Assembly: GCA_051294375.1 (NCBI GenBank)
Contig: CM119263.1
Location: 17,756,628 to 17,820,627, forward strand
Source of the DNA: Paraspadella gotoi
Lineage: Eukaryota; Animalia; Chaetognatha
Direction of reading: 5' to 3'
DNA length: 64,000 bases
Shown: positions 13,934-24,300 of the stretch, in pieces
How the letters are laid out: every line of letters starts with the position of its first letter
How positions within the stretch are numbered: position 1 is the stretch's first letter
The notes under the pieces: generated by a model
Databases searched by the model: none
Told to the model about the DNA's origin: nothing
The model's input: the letters and a program-made list of their open reading frames with translations, nothing else
Translations under genes and position numbers: made by a program

Positions 13934-16900
13934 ATGGATAAAACGGATTTACTCGTTCGTACGGGTTTGGGAAGGACGCTGGACCAGACTCTGGAAAAGA
14001 TTCCCTTAAATCGGCGTCTAACATATCGCGTTGGACGAAACCATGACCAGGAAATACGTATTGCCAATGACATGATTTCAAGAGAACACTGCGTGTTCGC
14101 TTATGTCGACGAAGCTTGGACTTTAGAAGATAAAAAATCCCTAAACAAAACGTCTGTCAACGGGGAAGATTTAAATCCGTACCAGCGACGGCCGTTGCGA
14201 CACAAGGATGTTGTGCGTTTCGGGATTGCATTGGAGAAACCGTGTCGAGAGTTTAAATTCTGCCTAAATTTACAAGACGCGGAAGAAATTTATTCCTGCG
14301 AAGGTCAAAAGCGCAAGCGTGAAATAAATACTGGACGTCAAGACTCTGACTTTGAGGTAGAAATTCTCTCAGACGACGACGATGCTAAGCAAGAAGAACG
14401 AATTGCGTCTTGTTCAGCGGAAATCCATTCGAAGAAGAAAACTCGACTTTCGACGCACGACGATACTTGTAGGAATCCCTCTTTAAAACGCCCAAATAAC
14501 GATTTACAAGGCGTGGATGCCATCGCTAAGTCGGGATCGTCGGAAACAGTTATGTCTTCTTCCATCGCTTCGAAACGTAAAAACTCAGATGGAAACAAAT
14601 TTGAAATATCTTCTGTACACTTAACACGTTGCCCAACTTTATTGGCTTCACCATCAAATTCTCCTATGGCAGCGTCAGGAGATGTGAAGGCGTTAAACGA
14701 GGAAATTGTTATAATATCCGATGATGATGATTTCCCTGAAAATGCAGCCACGAAATCTCCGGAGAAAGTAACTTCATCTCCTGTTTCAGAAACTCCATCG
14801 GATAGTTCTAATACTGTTGCTTTACATCCTATAAAAGATGAACAGCATATGCCTGCAGAAACGCCTCACCAGATCCCAGAACGGATTTCATTTAGGGGTA
14901 GCCGCAGCTCGCCACCGATTTTAGCGCCGCCGAATGTGATTAATGAACACAATAGTGAGGAACTATTATTAATCCTCGAACATGCCAAGCCTAATACTTC
15001 TTTAGCCGAGTCTAAAAACGTAGTAGTTTCTGAAGCTGACAGTTCTCTTAGTCCTCTCAGTGACAATTTATTTGAACGCAAAACTCCACCTGATTATGAA
15101 GAATTGTTAAACGATGCTGACAATGATGAAGATGATGATGACTTTAACTTTACTCAAGGGGTGGATGATGATGATGATGATGATTGTATTATCATCTCTG
15201 ACGAGGAATCAACTTTCGTGGGAAACGTGTCCCAGTCTCAGAGAGATATGGAATTTTTAGGTAAAATTAAAAATGAGGTTCCTTACGATAATAGTGATTA
15301 TATAGAAGATGATGTTCATGACGCTGTTACTTTTGAAGAAGACGAAGAAACGACGGTTCATAGCTCAGACAATCCAAACAAAAAGCAGGATGATATCCAG
15401 AGCGATTTGGGGGATGATGATGTCTTTTCTGAAGATGCTCAAGAATTGGTTGACTTAGACGACCATGATTCTCCTCATAATTATCCGCAGGTTACCGCCG
15501 TTACTAATACTGCAAAATTAGTCTTTAATATCAAGGACCTTCCTAAAGGTAAAAGTTTACAAACTGTGTCATCAACAATGGAAAAGGATGATACAGTAAC
15601 AGATGAGCCAGTAGAAAGCATAAAGGAAGCACTATTGCCTATAGCAGACGTAAATAATGCTGAAACAGTTAATAAACCTAATTCAGAATGCAAATCTCCA
15701 TATGCAACTGAAGATGGCGAAGTGGAATGTACTCGGATTCTGCAGCAGAGTAAAACCGCTAAATCTCCGAATTTGGAGGACGAAGCTAAACTTAAAAAAA
15801 AATTGATCAGAGCAAAAAATCGTAAAAATCTGGAGCTTTTGGCCAAAAAGCGTTCTTTAAAAAAACTAGAAGAGAAAACCTCTGATAATTCGAGCGATAG
15901 TGGTAGTGAATCCAGTGAATCCAACACGAGCGATTTTTATTCTTGTCCTGATAGAGATTGTCATTTCAAAACTATCAATGAAAGGTATTTTGAAAACCAC
16001 TGCAAACAACATCGGGAAAGACGTGAAAATGAAGAAAAAGCCTTTAAAGAACAAAATGCAAAAGGGGTTCGACAAAAACATCAATCTTTAGAAGTACCTT
16101 CCAGTTCTCTGATTGGAAATGTTTTTGATTCCATTAAGATACCCAAGTTGTCTAAAGATAATATTTGCAGTTATCCAAAAGTAATCGAACCTCACAACCT
16201 AAAAACCTCTCGTGAATTTCATAGCCTTGCACAAAGAGAAAATTGGAAAAGGGTGAACCCTGAGTCCAATTCAAAAGAAGAAAAATCTCAGAAGAGGGAT
16301 ACGGAAGATCCAAGTTTTATTGATAAGGCACAGTTAAAAAAAAAAATGGACAGAACTCGTAAAAAAATACCAAATGCTCAGGACATAAAGAGAGTGCGGC
16401 AGGAACACCATCAGAGAAAAGAATTATTAAAAAGTGGTATCAAAAAGAAAGCTGAGCGTGGTCCCTTAGGCGATCCCATATCATCAGCTAGAAGTTCAGC
16501 AACTATTGGAACACGTTCAAAAATAGCACAGAAATCTTTTGCACCCGTGAGTTTGGGACATCGCCGACCGGATCCTTATGACGTAAGTGCAACATTTAAA
16601 GAATTCTCGAAAAAAACTTCTTTTACTATTCCCAAAAAGTCATCGAGTTTGTCAGTTGTTTCTAACCCCAAGAAAACTAATGCCACTTCCGGCTCCTTAT
16701 CTGAGTCCGCCTCACACGCAGTGCCTCCTACTCCTCCAACAAAATCTATTTGTAAATCTACAACTAATAAAACCAATATTTCCGAAAAGATTCAAAATAA
16801 TAATAATTGGAACCAATTACAAAAAATGGCACCTTTTTACAATACTCCTACATCCGAAGGGCCTCCTACAAATGTTAAGAGGCATATTTCGATAGTACCA

Positions 16901-19600
16901 GATTCAACCTCAGGAATTCATCAACCTGGAAATTTATTATTATCGGAAGTCACGTTTTCCCAAGCTAAATCTTTATATTTAACCTTAAAGTGGAATGCTA
17001 TTTGGTTAAAAGAACAAAAAAGTAAAACTAAAAAGGACCCTCCGCTTTTTGGAGCAGATTGGGAGCAGCACCGTCTAAATTGTCAAAACGATGTACGCGT
17101 TTACTTACAAGATGACTACAACACTTTTGATGATTATCATCTTGCAATGGAATACGCTATAATGTCGGAAATATGGAGTGAATTATTTCATAGTCACCAA
17201 GAAAAGATGAAACAGTCCTTTAATTCCGATTCTTTCCTTTGGCCGGGTTTAGATAATATGTATATTTATGAGGAAACTTCTGCGACGTTAACAGAACCAA
17301 TTGAGGTTCTACGTTTTCGTTGCAAGCCTTTTAATATCTCTAGCCTGCTACTTGTTGGGTTAATTAGCGTTAGAGACATTAAAAAAATTCCTTCCGAGGA
17401 TAACCTCATCCTGATAAATCCTTTCGTTAGTAGCAAGAATGGAGCTTCTTACGAATATCTTTGTTTTGCAATTGTTAGATTTTCGAAATCAAGAACGGTT
17501 CGTGATGGTATTGAAAAAATTAAAGCAGAAAAAGATTCTTGTCCTCTACTGCAAGAGTTGATTCAAATAAAGGATGATGATTCAAAGTGCGTTTGCTGGA
17601 TTTCTGTTGAAGTTAATCGTAAAAATTTTGATGTGACCAAAAATTTAAAAGTATCGTCTAATCTTTTAAAATTAGACCGGTTTGCGAACCAATTGGCAGG
17701 TGTTTCCGACTTAGAAAAAAAAAATTCTAGACACGAGTTATTAAAAGTAAATGTCGGGTATGCCTCAGATCAAAATTTGAAAAAAGCAATAGAAACGTTT
17801 TCATCCGATTCAAATCATGATAAGAAGAAATTGAACGAGCAACAAAAAGTCGTCAACAGTTTTGAAGTTATGTCAACCTCTGGTATCAAACAGGAATGCC
17901 CTCCAATTACTTTGGTTCAAGGTATTCCAGGTTCTGGAAAAACTCATTTGACCTTAAAATTAATTGAAATGATTTTACAGACTATTAAAGACAAAAAAAC
18001 TAAAGAAGGTTCAACCCTTTTGCTAGTTCCTCGAAAATTTTCTGTCAAGGATATCTTTCATAGGGGGTCAACAAATATAGGAAAGAACTGCAAAAATGTA
18101 GTCTACTTAGAAAAAGATCAATCAATCGACTGTCATTATTTTTTAGAAAACCTTTTACATCAAAATTTTAAAGTGGCACCTAAAAACAAAGTAAATGCCA
18201 AGAAACTATCTCTAGAGAAATTGCGCCAGAAGTGCAAAGAATTGGACAAATTTGGCGATTCCCAATCACAGAAACACGAAAATCAGGCCGCAATAGTTAA
18301 GCAAATTAACTATTTAAAGTCCGAATTGAAAGCTTTAAAAAGTGAAGCTTACGTACCTAGCGAGGCGGAGAAGCACGATATGACCGGTCTTGTCCTTGAA
18401 AAGGCATATTTTATTTATGTTGTCGTCGATGGGGAAAATGAAAAAGATTTCATAAAATTTGCTCGCTGTCAAGGAATGTTTGATGGAAAGTTTTGTAAAC
18501 ATCGAAAAGGAGTGCGAGTGACCAATGTTATTGTAGATGACGCCCATGCAATTTCTGAGCCAAATCTCATGGCGGTGCTGGGAGCCGTGTCTTGGGAACA
18601 TTTGATCCTCATCGGTGATGTAAATCAGATTCCCCCTCTAGTTAAAAGTCTCTCGTTAAAGTCTCAACCGGGCTTGCTAACGCGATATTCGCTTTTCTCT
18701 CGCATGATGAACAAACGTCGAAACGAAGATCCTATCCGCCTTCATCGCCTTCTCTCTCGCCCACGATTTCATCACCCTGTTCTCGGACAAATGCAACATC
18801 GCGTCCTGAATATATCAGGCAACGATAGCATCGAAATTAAAGAAAAAAAATTATCGTCTTTCCACTTATTTCGTGTTCCGGATGATTTGGCAATATTGTC
18901 TTTGAAGCAGCACCCTTGGTCCGACGTCTGGGAAAAGTCTCCTCCCGTTTATCAAGGAATTATTTGCGCCGTAGCAATTTTGTTGAGCGAGGTGATATTG
19001 CCAGCCAACAAAGTTAACATTGTCGTCACTAACAAAAACTTGCTGATACTGCTGAAACAGCAAACAAAAATTAGAACTAACTGTTCGTCTGTTGAACTTC
19101 CCCGCGGCGTCCAAGGTCAGGAGTCTGACATTTCCATCATTGTTCTCTGCCCCGACTCTTCTTTTTCATCTCGACCCTGTTTCTTCGAAAGCACGGCGGA
19201 AAAGAACGTGGCTTTTACCCGCGCACGTCGTGCCGTCTATGTTATCGGCCGCCAACCTGAAATAGAAACTAGTCACGACGTGCGGGATCTCCAGTCTTTC
19301 GCCATTGGAGAATTCGACGAATCCTCGAAGAGACCGATTTACACCTCCATTCTTCCAATGGGCAAGTCTTTGAAGGACGTGCAGGACCTCCTCCGTGCTG
19401 TGATTGACAACCGCGACAAGTTGACGGCGTGGAGCGGGGGGTTTTATTCGGCAATGTCGCCGAGTTACAACGTTGTCGCGCCTCTACCATACTACAGGAA
19501 CCAACCTTCAGCCTCCGCATCAATGGCTCCGGTTATTCGTGAATCGAATCGTGATCCCCGCATTCGAATGCAGCAAATTCAATCTGGAGGCCAACAATGA
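13934..19600 (+). CDS. Single-exon FHA + C2H2 zinc finger + Sen1/senataxin-like SF1B (UPF1-like) helicase, 1888 aa from first ATG
   Basis: Uninterrupted 5.67-kb ORF. FHA (VGR...ISREH...SLNKTSVNG, ~14020-14225); C-x4-C-x12-H-x3-H finger (15944-16012); Sen1-type pre-helicase segment (F..Y....I..EIW). Helicase motifs: Walker A QGIPGSGKT (17918-17944), VIVDDA, LIGDVNQIPP, SLFSRM, VQGQESD, NVAFTRAR. Confidence 0.9.
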   Translation: MDKTDLLVRTGLGRTLDQTLEKIPLNRRLTYRVGRNHDQEIRIANDMISREHCVFAYVDEAWTLEDKKSLNKTSVNGEDLNPYQRRPLRHKDVVRFGIALEKPCREFKFCLNLQDAEEIYSCEGQKRKREINTGRQDSDFEVEILSDDDDAKQEERIASCSAEIHSKKKTRLSTHDDTCRNPSLKRPNNDLQGVDAIAKSGSSETVMSSSIASKRKNSDGNKFEISSVHLTRCPTLLASPSNSPMAASGDVKALNEEIVIISDDDDFPENAATKSPEKVTSSPVSETPSDSSNTVALHPIKDEQHMPAETPHQIPERISFRGSRSSPPILAPPNVINEHNSEELLLILEHAKPNTSLAESKNVVVSEADSSLSPLSDNLFERKTPPDYEELLNDADNDEDDDDFNFTQGVDDDDDDDCIIISDEESTFVGNVSQSQRDMEFLGKIKNEVPYDNSDYIEDDVHDAVTFEEDEETTVHSSDNPNKKQDDIQSDLGDDDVFSEDAQELVDLDDHDSPHNYPQVTAVTNTAKLVFNIKDLPKGKSLQTVSSTMEKDDTVTDEPVESIKEALLPIADVNNAETVNKPNSECKSPYATEDGEVECTRILQQSKTAKSPNLEDEAKLKKKLIRAKNRKNLELLAKKRSLKKLEEKTSDNSSDSGSESSESNTSDFYSCPDRDCHFKTINERYFENHCKQHRERRENEEKAFKEQNAKGVRQKHQSLEVPSSSLIGNVFDSIKIPKLSKDNICSYPKVIEPHNLKTSREFHSLAQRENWKRVNPESNSKEEKSQKRDTEDPSFIDKAQLKKKMDRTRKKIPNAQDIKRVRQEHHQRKELLKSGIKKKAERGPLGDPISSARSSATIGTRSKIAQKSFAPVSLGHRRPDPYDVSATFKEFSKKTSFTIPKKSSSLSVVSNPKKTNATSGSLSESASHAVPPTPPTKSICKSTTNKTNISEKIQNNNNWNQLQKMAPFYNTPTSEGPPTNVKRHISIVPDSTSGIHQPGNLLLSEVTFSQAKSLYLTLKWNAIWLKEQKSKTKKDPPLFGADWEQHRLNCQNDVRVYLQDDYNTFDDYHLAMEYAIMSEIWSELFHSHQEKMKQSFNSDSFLWPGLDNMYIYEETSATLTEPIEVLRFRCKPFNISSLLLVGLISVRDIKKIPSEDNLILINPFVSSKNGASYEYLCFAIVRFSKSRTVRDGIEKIKAEKDSCPLLQELIQIKDDDSKCVCWISVEVNRKNFDVTKNLKVSSNLLKLDRFANQLAGVSDLEKKNSRHELLKVNVGYASDQNLKKAIETFSSDSNHDKKKLNEQQKVVNSFEVMSTSGIKQECPPITLVQGIPGSGKTHLTLKLIEMILQTIKDKKTKEGSTLLLVPRKFSVKDIFHRGSTNIGKNCKNVVYLEKDQSIDCHYFLENLLHQNFKVAPKNKVNAKKLSLEKLRQKCKELDKFGDSQSQKHENQAAIVKQINYLKSELKALKSEAYVPSEAEKHDMTGLVLEKAYFIYVVVDGENEKDFIKFARCQGMFDGKFCKHRKGVRVTNVIVDDAHAISEPNLMAVLGAVSWEHLILIGDVNQIPPLVKSLSLKSQPGLLTRYSLFSRMMNKRRNEDPIRLHRLLSRPRFHHPVLGQMQHRVLNISGNDSIEIKEKKLSSFHLFRVPDDLAILSLKQHPWSDVWEKSPPVYQGIICAVAILLSEVILPANKVNIVVTNKNLLILLKQQTKIRTNCSSVELPRGVQGQESDISIIVLCPDSSFSSRPCFFESTAEKNVAFTRARRAVYVIGRQPEIETSHDVRDLQSFAIGEFDESSKRPIYTSILPMGKSLKDVQDLLRAVIDNRDKLTAWSGGFYSAMSPSYNVVAPLPYYRNQPSASASMAPVIRESNRDPRIRMQQIQSGGQQ

Positions 19601-20707
19601 AGATGTAAAGAACACATTCCTCTGTCATGAGTTACTTTCGTTAATTTTTGCCTCATGAGTCCGGTAGTCCTTAATTTTGGGCGTTCTTAATTTTGTTGAT
19701 TTGCGTCTTCCGTGGATTAATTTCCAGTATTTTCGAAAATCTAAAATAGTCATATCTCAATTGGATCAGTTTGGTTGACTCGTTGATTAAAATGAATTAA
19801 ATTGTTTTTGTTGATTTCCTATTTGGCAATGCTCAAATTATGTTTACACATTAATAAAGCTGCCATATTTATGATTAATTGCGTTCTATGATAATTTTGG
19901 GAAAAAGTGAAGTACTCCACTAACTAAACGAGATAAGTTACAGGTTCAAGGCAAACCGAACAGTTTTTAGTCGCATCTACAGCAGTTACGACTCTAAAAC
20001 ACTGTCGTTCGGTCTGTCGGTCCGTTCTTTTTGGTTAATCATATAAAATAATTTAATTTTTTAAATATTTTATTTAAAATAATTAACATATGTAAATTTA
20101 TATATGTTATTTATATATAATTGGTACAACCAATTTAATATTATCCATTCATTTATTAAAAAAGCTATCTTGCCCCTGACTTTGGACAGAATTTGGTGTT
20201 TAAAGTATATTATTTACATTTTAAAAGGACATCTCAATATATTTCACCTGTGTATATGATAATACATGTGTAATTTTTAATTTTTTGCTAATATTTCGAT
20301 TTACATTAATAAATCATTTGTCAAGGCAGTCCAAGTAAGATTAACACAAAAATATACAATATTGGAGTCAAAGAGAGAGAGAGAGAGAGGGGAAAAAAAA
20401 AGGGCTTCGGCAACTATGTTAAAACAGATGCAATGTAACTCGCTCCTAAAAAATTTAAAAAAACCTTCCTCTCTCTCTCCCCCTCCCCACCTCTTTTCCT
20501 CCCTCCCTACTATATCTTTTATTTTTCTGTTAATCTTACTGAGAGAAAAAAAAGATAAATCGAAATATTGGCAAAAAATTAAAAACTGTACTTGTATATC
20601 CCACCAAATTACCTCAATATTATTAATATACTTTAATATTATTTAAACCTATATAATTTATTTGTAATTATTATAATAAACTAAATTTTAACCCTAAACC
20701 TTCCCCG

Positions 20708-20946
20708 TGAAGTGACCGCCATGCCTCTCTGTGAGTGTAGATAGCCCCGACACTTAGTGTGCCCAGTGGTTCTGGGAGATTTTTCCGTCAGTTGCCCTGC
20801 TTTCCGGGCTTGCTACCGGTGGTTTGACCGGCCCGTTACTCTTTTTGCAAGGACTGTTCCGAGATGAAACATTAGCCCAGTGCGCTATTACGGCACTGAT
20901 GGAAGGAACGGTCGTATCCAACGGGTAGTGATATTACATCACTACA
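20708..20946 (-). mobile_element. ~240-bp solo-LTR-like element, diverged relative of the twister-bearing family
   Basis: GC-rich island in AT-rich DNA. On the - strand it runs TGTAGTGA...TCACTTCA (short terminal IR) with a 5' terminal hairpin GTAGTGAT-GTAAT-ATCACTAC and a twister-like core remnant at 20789-20856. No clean TSD. Confidence 0.6.
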
Positions 20947-21382
20947 CACCCATACCTGATGTTAAAAGCATCCTTCACCCTAAACATATTTTTACAAATA
21001 AAAAAACAAAATTTTAAATTTAGGTATCAGATTTATTTTTTTGATGAAGCCAAATGTTATCTTTTTTTAAACCTTTGTTTATTAAAAAAACCTTACTTTA
21101 ACATTTTGCTTTTGGTCATCGCGGATTTGTTTTTTATGCCTATTTTTGATTTAACTTCTAAGACATGATACCCTCTGTCAACGGGTTGATATCATTTGGC
21201 AAAGTTATTGTTGCTGTTTTGTTTTTATTTAAAACATGCCGCCAGAGTCTCATTTCTTCTCCTTTTCTGACATCATCATCGTCGTATTCAAGTTCATTGT
21301 TTGTTCCTCCTTTTTTCAATCTTGTTTCTGTGAGCTCGATGCGTTTTCATCTAAAACAAATCTTTTTCCTGAGGCGTTAATC

Positions 21383-24300
21383 ATGGAGGCATGTCTGGCC
21401 GTTGAAAAGGAAGTGCAGAAGGTATGCAACCATTACTATATTTTAAGCGATTTAAATTTAAGTGTATTGACTTATTATATCTTTATCGTTATTACAGGTA
21501 TCGTCTAAATTCATTTCAGTGAACGATCACGCCTCTAAAAATTTGTCCGATCTTATCTCATACGTACAGGGATTGAGACAAGAAATTTCAAACGGTTAGC
21601 TAATTTTTTGTGATCTGTTACAAATATATATTTATATGAGATATATATAGTTGAAATTCCTCGAGATTAATACTCTCCAGATGTCTATGGGAAAACGAAG
21701 AGCAAGGTTTTTATCTCGCCAGACGGGCGAAAGCCCGACTTGGGCGAAATGTTAATTCGTTTCTGCTTCTTTTGACCATTGTCGTCGTCGTCGTTACGCT
21801 GTTTTACCATTAAAAATAGTTTAAGTGTGTAACCATAGGAAGCTGAAAATTTAGATATGGTTTTTTATCATTGAGGTCTTTTAAATGTTATTTCATATTC
21901 CTATACTCATTTTTTTGTTTTATTTATAAAACAATTTTTATATATATAAACAAGTTCAGCTCTGCAGCGGTTGTCCAGCGGCTGTCCAGCGGCTGTCCAG
22001 TTTCTCTCTATTTCTCTCTCTTTTAATTATATATATCTTTTTTTTCCCTGTCGCAGCTTTTTCTGATTTGTCTAAAAACGAGTTCGCTCTGCAGCTGTTG
22101 TCCATCGGCTGTCCAGCGGCTGTCCAGCTTCTCTCTTTCTCTCTCTCTCTTTCAGTAATAAGAATTAAAAAGAATCTACAAGAAATATTAAGCCCATGTA
22201 GTAGCTTATCTGATAAATTAAGCGTTTTTAAAATCATTGTTACGGTTCTAATTTTTTTTTTCCTGTCTTGGCGATATAATTGTTTAGAATTGTTTCTTTG
22301 CGCCGTCGTCGTTATTGTCGTTACAATTTTTTACAATTAAAAATTGTAAAAGTGTATAACCATAGGAGACTAAAAATTTAAGGTTTAGGGTTAAGAGTAA
22401 TTTAGGGTTAGGGATGGTTGGGGTTAAGAGGGTTCAGGTTCGGGTAATTAAGTAATAATTTTTAAAATTATTTTTTTAAAAGAAGTATTTTTAAATGTTT
22501 TTTCAAAAGACGCTAAAACCCCGGTTGGCGAAAGTAAAATTTTGCCTGTTTGTTTTATTTACAAAACAATTTTTATATAAAAACTATTATAAATTACAAT
22601 GTAATTAATTATGTCGTTTTTCTTTTAAATATGTATCGTTCTTTCTCTTTTTTTCCGTCGCTGCCTCTTCTGATTCGTTTAAAAACGAGTTCAGTTCTGC
22701 AGCAGCTATCCAGCGATTGTCCAGCTTTCTCACTCATACACGCATTTGTATTATTTATTTATTTATTTTATTTATTTATTGCATCAATATTTCAATAATT
22801 GGTTATCATTGCATCAATAATTGGTTAACATTGCATCAATAATTGGTTATCATTGCATCATTAATTGGTTAACGCATCAATAAATTACGATTACATCAAT
22901 CGTTATTACATAAATTAATTACTATTATATGAATTAATTATTATTACTATTAAATAAAGTATTATTACATAAAATCAATTACCATTACGTCAATCAATTA
23001 TTATTATATCAAACAATTACTATTATATCAATCAATTACTATTACATCAATCATTCGTTTTTTTAGGATATTTTCATTAATTTTCTCTGATAGTAACGTT
23101 TAGCGAGATCACTATACTTTTAACATTTTTTTCATGTTCTTTCTCTTCATTTTCCCATAAGCGTATTAAAATTCGTTGTGTTATCCCCTTATAAGCTCCC
23201 TCCGGCGCCGAACTTAGCGTCGCTCAGGCTTCGGTGCTTCAATCTTCTCTCAAAAAAATTCGTGACGCCGTCGGTAAAATTGCCACTGATCACAAAGACA
23301 TCCATGGATCAGTGTCCAAGGTACAAATTTCTTCATATTTTTTCGATATTTTTTTTCATAGTGTAATTCTGTAATTCACATTTTTAATGAAAAAAATTTA
23401 ACTTTTTTGCATCTTTACACGGATTTCAAATGGGAGTGAAATGAAAAGATCAAATACTGTGGCTTAATTATTTGTTATAGCAACTTCAGATTTTTTTTAT
23501 TATTCAACTCCAAGTAGTCCCACTTGCTACTTTCTTAGTTATGAGCTCATAAATGGCATTGTGTGGCGGTATATTCACCTCGCCTCACATCCACCTTCGT
23601 TCAGCCAATCCCTTTGGCTCAGAGGGGAACACGCCATCCCAAGAGTTGCGTTCCATACGAAGCCCTAACGACTTCCCTCTGCGTTGGCAAAGTGACACCG
23701 TCCTAGTGTAACCGCGCCAGTGACAGGAGGCGTCACTGAGGGTCGGAAGTCCCTAAAGCCAACAGTGAGATGCCCCATCCCAATGGGCATCACAGGCAAC
23801 GCGGCTGTTGCCATATTGGTTGATTTTTAAAAAAGTAAAATTTTTATATTTAAATAGGACATTACTGTTATAGTAAGATTGTAGCGGTAGTATTTCATAC
23901 CCCGTTACTCGTCCGAGAATATTCAAAAAAATCAAAATGTTAAAAAATGTTGGTTCATCTTACAGAAATACTTTGTTGTATGTGCCTGGGCAATCAGAAT
24001 GTCAAAAGCTTTATCACAACCACGATGACAGCCTTTTTCATTTAAAAAAAAAATAGTCTGGCAAAAGCCTGTTGTCTAAACCTCGAAATATATTAATATG
24101 AAATTTTTTGCATGATCCCAAGACTTTATGCTAACTGTTGAATGTAAAAGAATCATAAACGTCAGCAAATTTTTCAACTAATAAAATGAACAAATATTAA
24201 TCAGTCATTTCATTTCACTCCTATTTGAAATCCGTGAAAGAAAGAAGGCAAACGGCCGAAATAGCCTATTCTCTCCCTTTTCCTAATAATGCTTCATAAC

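Noticed and set aside
14338-16895. Antisense and alternate-frame ORFs within the helicase gene
   Set aside because: These are shadow ORFs of the long coding frame with no independent motifs.
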